Below, one piece after another: positions 30,762 through 48,525 of a DNA stretch of 64,000 bases (positions are counted from its first letter, which is position 1; each line of letters starts with the position of its first letter). Source of the stretch: Acidobacteriota bacterium (GTDB lineage Bacteria; Acidobacteriota; Thermoanaerobaculia; Multivoradales; UBA5704); the NCBI GenBank assembly GCA_046765915.1, contig JBKPTH010000056.1:20405-84404 (forward strand), written 5' to 3'. The position numbers were made by a program, and so were the translations under genes. Under the pieces are notes generated by a model. The model was not told the origin of the DNA. It was given only the letters and a program-made list of their open reading frames with translations, and ran no database searches.

Positions 30762-31468
30762 AGGAGGTCCTCGGTGAGGAAGCGGAGGTTATCCTGCACC
30801 ACTGGATCGGCCCTGAAGCGTGCCGGCAAACGGTCGAAGGATTCCTTGAGGTCAGCTTTGGTCAGGCGAAAATTTCGGATGAGGAAGGTCACGTCGGTGA
30901 GATCCTCAGGATCGAGCCGCTTCAGTTTGCCGATCACCAGATCGGCGGCAGGAGGCGTCCTGACGGTGAGGCGCTGGCCGCGGAAGATCGTGTTGTAGCC
31001 TCGCTCCGGGTCTGGCCGCGGGAGGATCAACGTCTCTTCAGGTACGACCTCCAGGTAGTCTCGTTCCGCGAAGTCCTTGTCCGCTGGGTTGAAGCCGAGG
31101 TCTGCCGCGGCGCAGGCCCGGCGCAAATCCGCCTCGATGAAGCGGGATGCCGGCAGGACGTCGATGTCGATGGTCACTCGCTGTTCCAGTCCGTGAGCGA
31201 GCACGGCAGCTCCTCCCCGAATGAGCAGCTCCGTCGGATGCTCGAGGGCTTCATCGAGTCTGTCGAAGATCTGCCTCAGCTTGAGTGCATCCATGTCGGA
31301 TCTCGCCAGGTCCGATTGTAGTGACGGCAAGGAGAGCCGGCAAGCCGAGTCAAACCGCGTCCGTAGATCCATCTCAAGCAGTTCTTGTTCGACTTCCTCG
31401 TCGATACGACGTAGTTGCTCGGGTGAGAGCTTCTTCTCTCGTATCTCCTGCCACTGGTGGAGATTCAC
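30758..31468 (-). CDS. DUF6036/AbiEii-like nucleotidyltransferase with N-terminal antitoxin-derived segment
   Basis: IRGGAAV..RVTIDIDV NTase motif, DLVIGKLKR..EDLTD; GTG 31468 has AGGAGG RBS; alternative ATG at 31294. Confidence 0.72.
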   Translation of the reverse strand: MNLHQWQEIREKKLSPEQLRRIDEEVEQELLEMDLRTRFDSACRLSLPSLQSDLARSDMDALKLRQIFDRLDEALEHPTELLIRGGAAVLAHGLEQRVTIDIDVLPASRFIEADLRRACAAADLGFNPADKDFAERDYLEVVPEETLILPRPDPERGYNTIFRGQRLTVRTPPAADLVIGKLKRLDPEDLTDVTFLIRNFRLTKADLKESFDRLPARFRADPVVQDNLRFLTEDLL

Positions 31469-31474
31469 CTGACT

Positions 31475-31498
31475 CCTCCTGAATTCGTAAGAATTATA
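31475..31498 (-). promoter_or_regulatory. -10 box and RBS for the NTase gene
   Basis: TATAAT (31493-31498) and AGGAGG (31475-31480) on minus strand. Confidence 0.55.
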
Positions 31499-31717
31499 CA
31501 GCCACGTCGCCCGGCGCTCGTCGTGCAATAGGGACCTGTTCAATCCCACGCACCAAGCATCACAATCTGTCCGATCACGTCAGATCGGATCAGACTGCAT
31601 CAACGCTCCTCTCTTTCGCATTGTTCTTCCACCGGGCGAACGCCACGGGACTGCCCACCGGACGCCTTGCCCTCTCCTCGCCACGGCGACTCGCTCGAAC
31701 GCCTTATCGCGCCCCCG

Positions 31718-31726
31718 TGGTATAAT
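31718..31726 (+). promoter_or_regulatory. Extended -10 promoter element
   Basis: TGgTATAAT upstream of the 31871 gene. Confidence 0.5.
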
Positions 31727-31870
31727 TCAGCAAACAAAGGCAGACCGGCCAACTCCGCAGTTGCAGCGGCCACCTGGGGCATCCTCATCCGTCGTGCATT
31801 GCGGTCGTTGGTGGCTTCGAGGAGGGGTCGGCGGCCTGCAACGGGCGCAGGCCTCTTGAAAGGAGCACCC

Positions 31871-32419
31871 ATGGCCGAGGGTAGCGGACGGAAAGGTAGT
31901 GGTCGGAGGACGCGGGTCACAGTCGGTGTTGAAGTCAAGGTCACCGGAGGCAGCAAGGGCCGCGGCGGCGGTATAACGGTCGAACCAACGCTGATCGAGG
32001 AGCGCGAGCGCAGGCAGCGGGAGGGCAACGGCAGGCGCAAGCAATCGGCGAGAGCGGAGCATCTCCTCGACCTGTGGCTGGAGGAGCTCACCTCGGCGTC
32101 GAAGCGGATCGCGGCCGGGGAGCGGGTCACCGTGCTCGGTCCCGGTCCGAGGCTGGTCGTTCTCTCGCCCCGCGGCGTCCTCGGGTTGGCATCCCGCGAG
32201 GCATCGGAGGCGGTGAGGGCCGCCCTGGCCGCGGAGCCCGGTGCCCGCCTGGAAAGCCTGGTGAGCGCTGCGGATGAGGAAGGGGTGAGCGTGAGCGTAA
32301 TGCTGCTCCGTGCGACGGACGCCAGCAGACGCGCCGCACGCGGCGCCGCCCGGTCGGCCGCGAAGCTGCCGGCCGAGGGCGTAGCCGCCATGGCGGCGTC
32401 GGGCCGCCGAGGCCGATGA
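31871..32419 (+). CDS. Hypothetical protein with HIRAN-like C-terminal domain (copy 1)
   Basis: AAGGAG RBS; C-terminal part nearly identical to 33327-33848. Confidence 0.6.
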   Translation: MAEGSGRKGSGRRTRVTVGVEVKVTGGSKGRGGGITVEPTLIEERERRQREGNGRRKQSARAEHLLDLWLEELTSASKRIAAGERVTVLGPGPRLVVLSPRGVLGLASREASEAVRAALAAEPGARLESLVSAADEEGVSVSVMLLRATDASRRAARGAARSAAKLPAEGVAAMAASGRRGR

Positions 32420-32438
32420 GCCCCACAGGCCGCCCGGC
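32051..32438 (+). repeat. Near-identical direct repeat, copy 1 (copy 2 at 33480-33867)
   Basis: Ungapped alignment at offset 1429 from agagcggagcatctcctc to beyond gatgagccc. Confidence 0.95.
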
Positions 32439-32444
32439 CCTGCC

Positions 32445-32496
32445 ACTTAACAGACTTGCAGCTTGGCACCTGCGCTTCGCTCCGGCGCCAACCTGC
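32445..32496 (+). mobile_element. Partial attC-like site (left half plus hairpin)
   Basis: ACTTAAC inverse core, then gcag-cttggcacc...ggcgccaa-cctgc stem; no matching right core. Confidence 0.4.
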
Positions 32497-32671
32497 CTGA
32501 CTGAGCGCGAACCCACCTGAACTCTTTTCTTGTCCGTGCCGCCGGTGTAGAATTTCTCTAGTTCATTAAGGGTGATGCATATGCATATCGACCTGTGGCC
32601 AAGAGAGTCGGTGGCAACCGTCAGGGCAGATAGGTGGGCAGCCTTGCGAGTCCAGACTGTAGTGGTTCGCC

Positions 32672-32707
32672 GGCCAACTCTCGCTTCGAGCGGACCGGCG
32701 TTGGTGG
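32672..32707 (+). mobile_element. Partial attC-like site
   Basis: GGCCAAC-tctcgcttcgagcggac resembles a typical attC left arm; right arm lost. Confidence 0.4.
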
Positions 32708-32733
32708 GTGGGCGGCACATGAAATGGTGAACC

Positions 32734-33330
32734 ATGGATATTGAAGAGCGGATTCACTTTTATCGACTGCTCGACAGCACATATGGCGCTCTTGAGTCCT
32801 CGGAACGTATACGGGAGGAACTCATAAGAGCTCGGCAGCGTTCCCTAAGTAATCGAGTTCTGGCGATTCTCCTGACCTTATCCACAGCGATTCCGGCTCT
32901 TTATGGGATCCTCCCTGATGAGATCGGCCAAGCAAAAACTGTCTACCTTGCGGCGCTTGCGGGAGCCGGTCTTCTCTTCGCTGTTATGTCAGTTTTTCAG
33001 TGGTGGGAGGGACGTCAAGAGGCACGGGAAGCCAACGATCTTTTGCATGTGCAGAGCGAGCAGTTTCTCCAGATGCAAATCAGCAGTTATTTGACGCGCT
33101 GGATTATGGCGTCGGGCATCGTCGATGGTAAACCCGCTGAGCCAGCATTAACCAATTTCACAAACATTCAACGCGATTGGGAAGAGAGGCTGTGCAGTCG
33201 AGTCGAACATGTCGAAGCCATGTGGAAAAGCAATAGAATTAGTGACCGGGTTTACTCGCAACTGAAAACGTGGCTGCGGCGCTTCGAGCCACACGCCCGG
33301 CCAGTGATAGAGAACGAGGAGAAAAAATGA
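32734..33330 (+). CDS. 2-TM hypothetical protein (SLATT-like topology)
   Basis: Two adjacent TM helices flanked by helical soluble regions; lower GC; ATGA-coupled to next gene. Confidence 0.7.
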   Translation: MDIEERIHFYRLLDSTYGALESSERIREELIRARQRSLSNRVLAILLTLSTAIPALYGILPDEIGQAKTVYLAALAGAGLLFAVMSVFQWWEGRQEAREANDLLHVQSEQFLQMQISSYLTRWIMASGIVDGKPAEPALTNFTNIQRDWEERLCSRVEHVEAMWKSNRISDRVYSQLKTWLRRFEPHARPVIENEEKK

Positions 33331-33848
33331 GCGATAGCGGTCGCAGCAAAGGCGGCGGCAGTAAGGAGACCGTGCCGACGGTGACCATCGAGCGCAAGCG
33401 CAGGCCGCGGGGTGGTGGCACCAGCGACTCGGTGATCGGCGGGCCAGGTCGAGCGGAGATTGATGATGAACAACGGTCAAGAGCGGAGCATCTCCTCGAC
33501 CTGTGGCTGGAGGAGCTCACCTCGGCGGCGAAGTGGATCGCGGCTGGGGAGCGGGTCACCGTGCTCGGTCCCGGTCCGAGGCTGGTCGTTCTCTCGCCCC
33601 GCGGCGTCCTCGGGTTGGCATCCCGCGAGGCGTCGGAGGCGGTGAGGGCCGCCCTGGCCGCGGAGCCCGGTGCCCGCCTGGAGAGCCTGGTGAGCGCTGC
33701 GGATGAGGAAGGGGTGAGCGTGAGCGTAAAGCTGCTCCATACGACGGACCTCGGTAGGCGCGCCGCACGCGGCGCCGCCCGGCCGGCCGCGAAGCTGGTG
33801 CCCGAGGACGTAGCCGCCATGGCGGCGTCGGGCCGCCGAGGCCGATGA
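33327..33848 (+). CDS. Hypothetical protein with HIRAN-like C-terminal domain (copy 2)
   Basis: G/S-rich N-terminus; GERVTVL..LVVLSPRGVLGLASREASEAVRAAL..LESLV pattern resembles HIRAN. Confidence 0.6.
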   Translation: MSDSGRSKGGGSKETVPTVTIERKRRPRGGGTSDSVIGGPGRAEIDDEQRSRAEHLLDLWLEELTSAAKWIAAGERVTVLGPGPRLVVLSPRGVLGLASREASEAVRAALAAEPGARLESLVSAADEEGVSVSVKLLHTTDLGRRAARGAARPAAKLVPEDVAAMAASGRRGR

Positions 33849-34963
33849 GCCCGCAGACCGCCCGGCTGGCGCCGCGAGCCGGGCTTCCTGGGGCCGGCAC
33901 AGGCTCGGCGCGCATTCGCAGTCTCGCTTGCCCGGTCTGTCCCTACGGCGTCACCGGCCGCTGCGAAGGGCTCGACGCCGCGGGCAGCAACCTCCAGGCG
34001 CCGGGCGCGATCGGTTGCCGCGAGCCGGCGCGCCAGGCCCGCTACTACGCCGACCTTCACGACGGCGAGCTCGAGCAGGCACCGGTTTCCGACCTACCGA
34101 TCCCGCCGCTGCCAGCCTTCATCCCGATCCTCGTCCGAGTCCTGCCGAGCTCGGTGCGGCTCGACCAGTCGCTGCTCTACGGTGTCGCGCTCACCACCGT
34201 GCTCCGCCGCACCGGCGACGTGCGCTATGCGACGCCGTCCCAAATGCGCCGGCAACTCGGCCTCGGAGAGGAAGGGCGGCTCTGCCTGATCGGCACCGCC
34301 AAGGACGCCCGGCTCGAGAACGCCTGGGCCGGAAGCGAGAGGAACGACCTCTGGCGGCGGCTCGCCGGCCTGTCGTTCGAGCTCACCACCACCACCACCT
34401 TCTCGGTGTGGGACCGGCAAGCCCGCTTCGACCAGATCTACAACCAGGAACGCAATCTGCACTCGTATCACCGCTTCGCCGGCTACGGGCTGCCAGTGGC
34501 GCCGTTCCTCTTTTTCCCCGAGGACACGGACCTCGAGGCCGCCGTGGCCTGGCTCGAAGCGCACCCGGCGGTCGACCTCGTCGGTGTCCTGGCGCAGTTC
34601 TACCGCAGCAGCGAGGACTTCGGCCGGCTGCTAGGCGGGATGAGGTTGCTGCGCGACGCGGCGCCGCGGCCGCTGCGCTTTCTGGTCACCGGCTGCGCCA
34701 CGGCGCCCAAGCTCGAACGCTTGTTCGCGGAGTTCCCCGGCGTTACCGTGGCCTCCACCAATCCGGTCATGAAGGCGCTTCGGGGATACGCTACGAGGAC
34801 CGGGTTGCGCCACAGCGCAGCCTGGTCCACGAAGCGCGAGCTGCTGGTGGGGCGCAACATCGCTCGCTACATCGTGTTCTGCGAGGCCCTGCGGCCTTCC
34901 GCTCCACCGCCAGCGGCAAGGCGATGGCCACAGAAACCGTCATCGTGCACGGTTCATTGCTGA
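33845..34963 (+). CDS. DUF4417-like protein with N-terminal Cys cluster
   Basis: CPVCPY...C...C; TFSVWDRQARFDQIYNQERN resembles the DUF4417 'DFSxxxDxPxxxQIxNxxRN' motif. Confidence 0.62.
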   Translation: MSPQTARLAPRAGLPGAGTGSARIRSLACPVCPYGVTGRCEGLDAAGSNLQAPGAIGCREPARQARYYADLHDGELEQAPVSDLPIPPLPAFIPILVRVLPSSVRLDQSLLYGVALTTVLRRTGDVRYATPSQMRRQLGLGEEGRLCLIGTAKDARLENAWAGSERNDLWRRLAGLSFELTTTTTFSVWDRQARFDQIYNQERNLHSYHRFAGYGLPVAPFLFFPEDTDLEAAVAWLEAHPAVDLVGVLAQFYRSSEDFGRLLGGMRLLRDAAPRPLRFLVTGCATAPKLERLFAEFPGVTVASTNPVMKALRGYATRTGLRHSAAWSTKRELLVGRNIARYIVFCEALRPSAPPPAARRWPQKPSSCTVHC

Positions 34964-35084
34964 TGGCTGCGAGCAGCCGCCTCGGAGACACCGCCAGAGA
35001 TAGAGGTTGCCGGGCTGTTGCTGATCCTGGGCTCTTTGCTCGACGGCCACCGTCTGGGGACGGCTAAACCACGCTCCGATTCCC

Positions 35085-35260
35085 TAGAACATTGTTTTTT
35101 CCGTTCAAACAATGTTTTTTCGGCTCAAACATTGTTTGAAGCCAAAAAACAATGTGTTGGCCGTTTCAAACAATGTTTTTTACCAAAAAACAATGTGTTT
35201 TACCAAAAAACAATATTTGAACAGAAAAAACAATGATTGACGGGAAAAAACATTAGAAAA
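35085..35260. repeat. AT-rich tandem array of 9 ~20-bp units with AAACAATGTTT palindrome
   Basis: AAC ends at 35090, 35110, 35130, 35150, 35171, 35191, 35211, 35231, 35251. Confidence 0.92.
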
Positions 35261-35368
35261 AGCCTCAGGCTGTGCGAGCGAACCGGCAGGTATCCTACAC
35301 GATTTTCCGGAAAATGAAGACGGACGTGTTCGGAGGCGGTCGCCTCTGATGATCGACGCCAATCTGGC

Positions 35369-35675
35369 TCAGATACCGGAAAGGCGAATCTTCTTGCCCT
35401 CGATGAGAGCGACGATCTCAATTTCGCCGCCCAAGGCTTCCACATACCGCCGTAGTGTGGAGAGCCGATGATCCTCACGGCGCTCGAGCTTCGAGAGTTG
35501 TGACTGAGTCACCTCCACCTTGCGAGCAAGCTCCTCTTGCGTGAGGCCGACCGCTTCACGAAGCGCACGTAGATCCATCTCGAGGAGCTCCTGCTCGACC
35601 TCCTCGTCGATACGGCGTAGTTGCTCGGGAGAGAGCTTCTTCTCTCGGGATGTCCTTCCACTTTTGGAGCTTCAT
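35369..35675 (-). pseudogene. XRE/HigA-like antitoxin with +1 frameshift
   Basis: LREAVGLTQEELARKVEVTQSQLSKLE..LSTLRRYVEALGG; extra C near 35647-35649 breaks IREKKLSP, which is in frame in the 31.4 kb copy. Confidence 0.8.
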
Positions 35676-35740
35676 CTCGTTCCTCCAAAGCCGTGCTCTC
35701 GAAGATATTGCTCCCAAATCGCCTCGGCCTTGGGAACCAT
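35672..35740 (-). pseudogene. 3' stub of RelE/Gp49-like toxin gene
   Basis: MVPKAEAIWEQYLREHGFGGTR* overlapping antitoxin ATG (ATGA). Confidence 0.5.
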
Positions 35741-35756
35741 TCATGACACAAGCGGA

Positions 35757-36458
35757 CTAGTCCGTCAAGGGAATGTCTCGGCGGAAGGTCTCGTCGAGAT
35801 TCAGCCTGCGCGGCACCTCCGGCGCCGGATCCGCCGTCACCGTGATGACGAGATCTCCCTCCTGCCGCCACCAGCCGTTGAAGATCCGGCCCGGATCAAC
35901 GCAGATCGCCGTGAAGGGAGACCAGTCTCCTCCTTCCCGGCGCCCCAAGGAGACCTCGACGCTCCGCGTATCGGCCCGCAGGCCGGTGCGCAAGGCCTTG
36001 AGGACGGCCTCCTTGGCGCTCCAGACGAGGTTCGCCAGAAGGGGCCGGTCCGCGAGTTCGGCATTCTCGATCAGATCCAGCTCGGCGGTGGTGAAAAAGT
36101 CGCGGACAAAGCCTTCGCTCCGCGGCTCGATGAGCTCGAGGTCGCAGCCGAGCGCGGTGCCGGCCGGCGCGACGGCGCAGGCGGAGCGGCCGGCGCGGTG
36201 GCTGAAGGAGAGGACGACGGGCGCCGGCCGGCCGTCGAGGAACCCCTCGGGCGCGCCGTCGGCAGCGTTGCGGATCTCGATCGCTCCGGGAGTGCCGCCG
36301 AGGAACGCCGCGATCGCCTGCCGGGCGGCCCAGCGGCCGAGGCGCCAACTCTCGCGGCGCCAGGGGAGGCGGAGAGTCCCCGCGTGCTCGCGCTCCGCGG
36401 GGCCGAGCCAGCCGTCGTCTTCCGGCACCTCGCCGGAGGCGGCGAGGAGCCATCCCAC
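35757..36458 (-). CDS. 4'-phosphopantetheinyl transferase (Sfp-type); start approximate
   Basis: GRWAAR, GAP, LSFSH, LGCDLE, WSAKEAVLKALRTGL. Confidence 0.92.
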   Translation of the reverse strand: MGWLLAASGEVPEDDGWLGPAEREHAGTLRLPWRRESWRLGRWAARQAIAAFLGGTPGAIEIRNAADGAPEGFLDGRPAPVVLSFSHRAGRSACAVAPAGTALGCDLELIEPRSEGFVRDFFTTAELDLIENAELADRPLLANLVWSAKEAVLKALRTGLRADTRSVEVSLGRREGGDWSPFTAICVDPGRIFNGWWRQEGDLVITVTADPAPEVPRRLNLDETFRRDIPLTD

Positions 36459-36463
36459 CGGGA

Positions 36464-39400
36464 TCAGACCGCCGTCTCGCACAGCTCGCGCATCCCCAGC
36501 TTTTCCAGCTCCTTTTCCATGCCGCGCTCGACGGCCTCGATGAGGTACGGACGCAGCCGCTCGGGCGGCAGAATATGCTGCACGGAGCCTACCTGCTGGG
36601 CGCGCTGGACGCTGTGGATGCGGTCGAACTCCTCGGCCACCTCGCCGAGCTTCTCGGAGCGCACGGCCTGCTTCGTCTCCGCGAGCTGCGCCCGCAAGCG
36701 CGCCTTGTCGGTCCGCTCGGGATCGGCGACGGCGGCCTCCAGCTCGGCGACGCGCGGATCTTTCCGCGTCCGCTGCTCCACCTCGCGGGCGAAGACCACG
36801 GCCGCGGCCGGCGCGCCGCCGATCACCGAGGCGTAGGTTCCCTCCAGCGCCGCCACTTCCATATTGTCGTGCAGGGCGCTCGAGAACACCACGAACGCGC
36901 CGCCATGGTAGCGGGAGACGACGCAGAAGACGATGGGGCCTTGGAAGTTCACCACCGCGCGGCCGATCTCGGCGCCGTATTCGAGCTGCCAGTAGCGCAT
37001 CGACTCCGGCGAGCCGTCGAAGCCCGAGAGGTTGGCGAGGACGACGAGGGGCCGGTTGCCGCTCGCCGCGTTGATCGCCCGCGCCACCTTCTTCGAGGAG
37101 AGCGGGAAGAGAGTGCCGCCCGTCCACTGGTCCGGACCGTAGACCGGCACCCAGCCGAGCCGCGGCAGGGGCTTGGACTCGAAGCCCAGCAGGCAGACCG
37201 GATGGCCGCCGAGGTGAGCGTCCCACACGACGCCGATCTCGGCGTCGTGCATGCCGTACCAGCGCTCGAGCGGCGGCAGGTCCTGGTCCGCCACGGCCGC
37301 CATGACGCGGCGGATCTCGAACGGCTTCTTGCGCCCGGGATTGGTGGCCGGAGAGAAGACCTCGCCGACGGTCGCGAATTCGCCGCCGTGGGGAAAAGCG
37401 CACACGTCGCGACCGCGCGGATCGCGGGTCGCGGCGGGTCGCGGGAAGCGCTCGCCGGGAGCGACCCAGGTGTGCTCATAATGTTGCAGCAGGATGCGGC
37501 AGGCCTCGCCGAGATCGGCGGCGAAGTATTGCGCCTGGCCGTTCGGGCCCATGATCCGTTCGTAGCCGCCGATGCCCTGATTGTCCTCGGCGGAGACGCC
37601 GCCGGAGTAATCGAGGGCCTGCTTGCCGGTGAGCACCATGGCGCCTTCGGGCGTCATGATCAGGATGCCCCGGGTGTGCATGAGCATGGTGGCTTCGGCG
37701 TTCCAATAAGGCTGCGCGCCGACGTTGATGCCGGGCACCACGACGTTGATCTCGCCGCCGGCCTGCGTGAAGCCGACGATGCGGCGCAGCACGCGGGCGA
37801 TCCAATCCATGTTCTCGGTGCCGCTGTCGGTCGAGATCTTCGCCCCGGCCGAGAGCGCGAACCATTCGAGAGGCACGCGCAGGGTCTCCGCGAGATCGAG
37901 CGCGGCGAGGATGCGCCGGCACTCGGGCTCGGCGAGCGCGCCCATGCCGCGGCTCGGATCGCCGAGCAGGATGACGCGCGCCATCCCCTCCGGGTGTCGG
38001 CCGGTGAAATTGCGCACGACCCCCGCCACGATGTTGGCGGTGTTGATGCCGTACGGCCGCTCGACCGGCACGAGCCGGCCTTGCGCATCGAGATCGTGCT
38101 CGGCGAAGTCGCCGGGCGGCAGGTCGGCCTGCGCCTCGCGCCGGGGCGGAGCGAGCCGCTTGATCAGCTCATAGGGATAAGGAAGGCCCCGGCGGCGCAG
38201 CTCCACCACCTTCTGGGCGTACTCCCGCAACGGCTTCAAGGGCGTTTCCGACGGCCGGCGGAAGCGCAGGACCACGCCCGCTCCCTCGAAGTCGGAGATC
38301 TCCATCACCCAATCGCGCAGCTCGCCACCGTCGCGGACATTGCGGTCGGGGATGCGGCAGCGGACCGTCACCTTTTCGAGGCCGAGGCCTTCGGAGAGCG
38401 GGGTGAGGCGGTGAAGGAGGCCGTCCATCTCCTCCGGACGCAGGTCGACGGGCGGCCACACGCTGAGCTGCACGCGGTTCCAGTGCAAGCGCTCGGCGTC
38501 GGCGCGCCGGGACTGGAAGCGGCGGATACCGGCGAGGACCTCCATGACCATGCGCTCGAGCTGCGGCAGCTCGACGACCCGGCCGGCGGCATCGCGCACG
38601 GGCGTCAGGTCGCGCACCTCGGCGATGGCGAAGAGGCGCTCGTCCTTCGGGTTCTCGCGGGCCACGCCGCGGAAGAAGTAGATGTCCTCGGGAGCTTCCA
38701 GGCGCTCCAGGGCGAAGTTCTGCAGCCGCCACAGCTCCAGCCGCAAGGCCAGCATCGGATGGATGCCGCGGTAGACCAGCTCCTCGCGAAAATCGCCCGT
38801 CTCCGCCCGGCGGAACGTGAAGTGCTGCGTCGCTCCTTCGCCCGAGAGCGCGACGGCGATCCGCCGGACGCCCGCCGGCATCGCGGAGGCCGCGAGCAGG
38901 TCCGCGATCTCCGCGGCGGCGCTCTCCTCGCCGGCGGCGGAACCGGGACACCAGAAGTAGAGATCGGCCACGATCTCCCGTAGGGGCGGCCCTGCGTGGC
39001 CGCCCTGAGCGTCTTCGGCGATTCTCCGCACGGCGCCGATCGTCCACGCGAGCCTGCCGTATTCGGCATGGGTGGCGATCAGGTGAACGTGGGAACCTCG
39101 ATGATCGTAGTCGGCGAAAGCGAAGCTCTGGCCGTCGCGCGTCTCGCACGCGATCCTCTCCACCTCGCGGATGCGGTAGTAGCGCCGCACCATCACCTCC
39201 AGCAGAGTTTCGCGCAGCGCCGGAGCGGCGCTCGCGAAGCGTTGCGAGAGCACCCCGTGGAGAGGTTGCGGGCATTCGACGAGGGCGCGGATGCGCTCGT
39301 TCCGCTCGTCCGCGCCGGGACCGGCGGCCAGCCGCGCGAGGTCGGAGTCGGCCGCGGCGTAGACGCGCTCGCGGGCGGCGAGCAGCAACGGCCGGTCGAA

Positions 39401-40674
39401 GCAGCGGTAGCGTGCTTCGCGGGCGAGGTCGTACACCGCCGGATCGCGCCCCTGGGTGCCGGCGATGACGCGGTCGAGAAGCTCGCGCAGCTCGGGCCCC
39501 GCGGGCCGGTCTCCGCGCTCGAGCCAGCTCTCCAGCACGGCGAGCACCGGCGGCACCTCCTGCCGCAGGCGCCGGTGCGAGATGGCGATGCGGAACAGGC
39601 TCTCCTCCAGCTCCGGCGAGCGGTCGAGGCCGGCGACGCCGTAGTGGGCGAGGGCGCGGCGGAGCTTGTCGAGGAAGGAATCCGGCAGGCCCTTGCCGCG
39701 GGCGTCGAGGTCGCGCAGATAGGTGAAGAGATACTCCTCGCTGCCGTGCCGGTCGTACTCCTCCGCCCGCAGGCGGCGGAAGAGCGAGCCGACGTCGGCG
39801 AAGACGCGCAGGATGTCCTCCTCACAGCGGGCCTCGCCGGCGGCGCCGGTCTCGCCGGCGACCAGCCGCTCGACGATCGCGGGATCGGCGTCGTAGCCGA
39901 GCAGCAGGCGGCGGGCCTCCTCCAGGGCCTCGCTGCGGACGGACACGGACGGCACGGACGGCAGAAGATGATCGAACCGAACCCGCGGACCGGACGGCGG
40001 GCACGTAGGCCCGCCGCTACGACCCTTCGGCGAGCCCTTCTCGGATTCTCCGGCGGCCGGCTCTCGTAGCGGCGGGCCTACGTGCCCGCCGTCGCTCTCC
40101 GGCTCGAGCTCGACCAACCGATCGCCCGGGCCCACCTGGACGTTGCTGCGCACGAACACCTGGCGTACGCGGCCGGCGGCCGGCGCGACGAGCGTCGCCG
40201 CCATCTTCATGGCTTCGAGGACGGCGAGGGGATCGCCGGCGGCCACTCGATCGCCCTCCCGCACGGCGACGGAGACCACCACCGCCGGCCCTGGCGAGCG
40301 CACGGCAAGCCCGGCGTCGCCTTCGATGCGATGGGGAATGCCGTCCACCTCCACCACCCTGCGGCTGCCCTGCGCGGCCAGCGCAACGCGCCACCTCCGT
40401 TCGCCGCAGGCGATCGTCCGGCCGGCCTTCCGCGGCGGCCCGGCGCTCGCCTCCAGCCGCAGGCCGTCCACCTCGATGCGAAAGCGCCTGGCGTCGAGGC
40501 GCGATACGTGGAAGGTATAGCCATGGCCGCGGTAGCGCAGCTCGACGGCGTGGCCGATCTCGTTCGGCACCGCCGGCCGGCCGCGCGCGGCCGAGTCATA
40601 GAAGCGCTTCCTGGCGGCCGCGAGCTCCGCTTCGTAGCCGGCGACGGCCGCCGCCAGCAGCGCCGCCTCGGCGC

Positions 40675-40678
<4 letters not shown>
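36464..40678 (-). CDS. Multidomain biotin-dependent carboxyltransferase (BT-BCCP-central-CT), ACC-like, lacking biotin carboxylase
   Basis: EAMKM biotinyl motif, SAGAKI, GGYERIMGPNG, ANLSGFDGSPESM, GGAFVV; no ATP-grasp motifs. Confidence 0.88.
38980..39007 (+). repeat. GTAG REP inside the carboxyltransferase CDS
   Basis: gtaggggcggccctgcgtggccgccctg; read as QGGHAGPPLR. Confidence 0.85.
39993..40093. repeat. GTAG REP inverted doublet inside the carboxyltransferase CDS
   Basis: Two inverted copies of tcgtagcggcgggcctacgtgcccgccgtc. Confidence 0.88.
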
Positions 40679-48486
<7,808 letters not shown>

Positions 48487-48525
48487 GGCGGTAGTTCCTT
48501 CTTGCGATTCAATCCTTCAAATCGT

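Noticed and set aside
32051-33867. Diversity-generating retroelement template/variable repeat pair
   Set aside because: Differences are not confined to adenines and there is no reverse transcriptase in the window
35085-35260. Possible CRISPR array or coding ORFs (35018-35236, 35180-35362)
   Set aside because: No spacers; the 20-bp period is incompatible with a repeat protein
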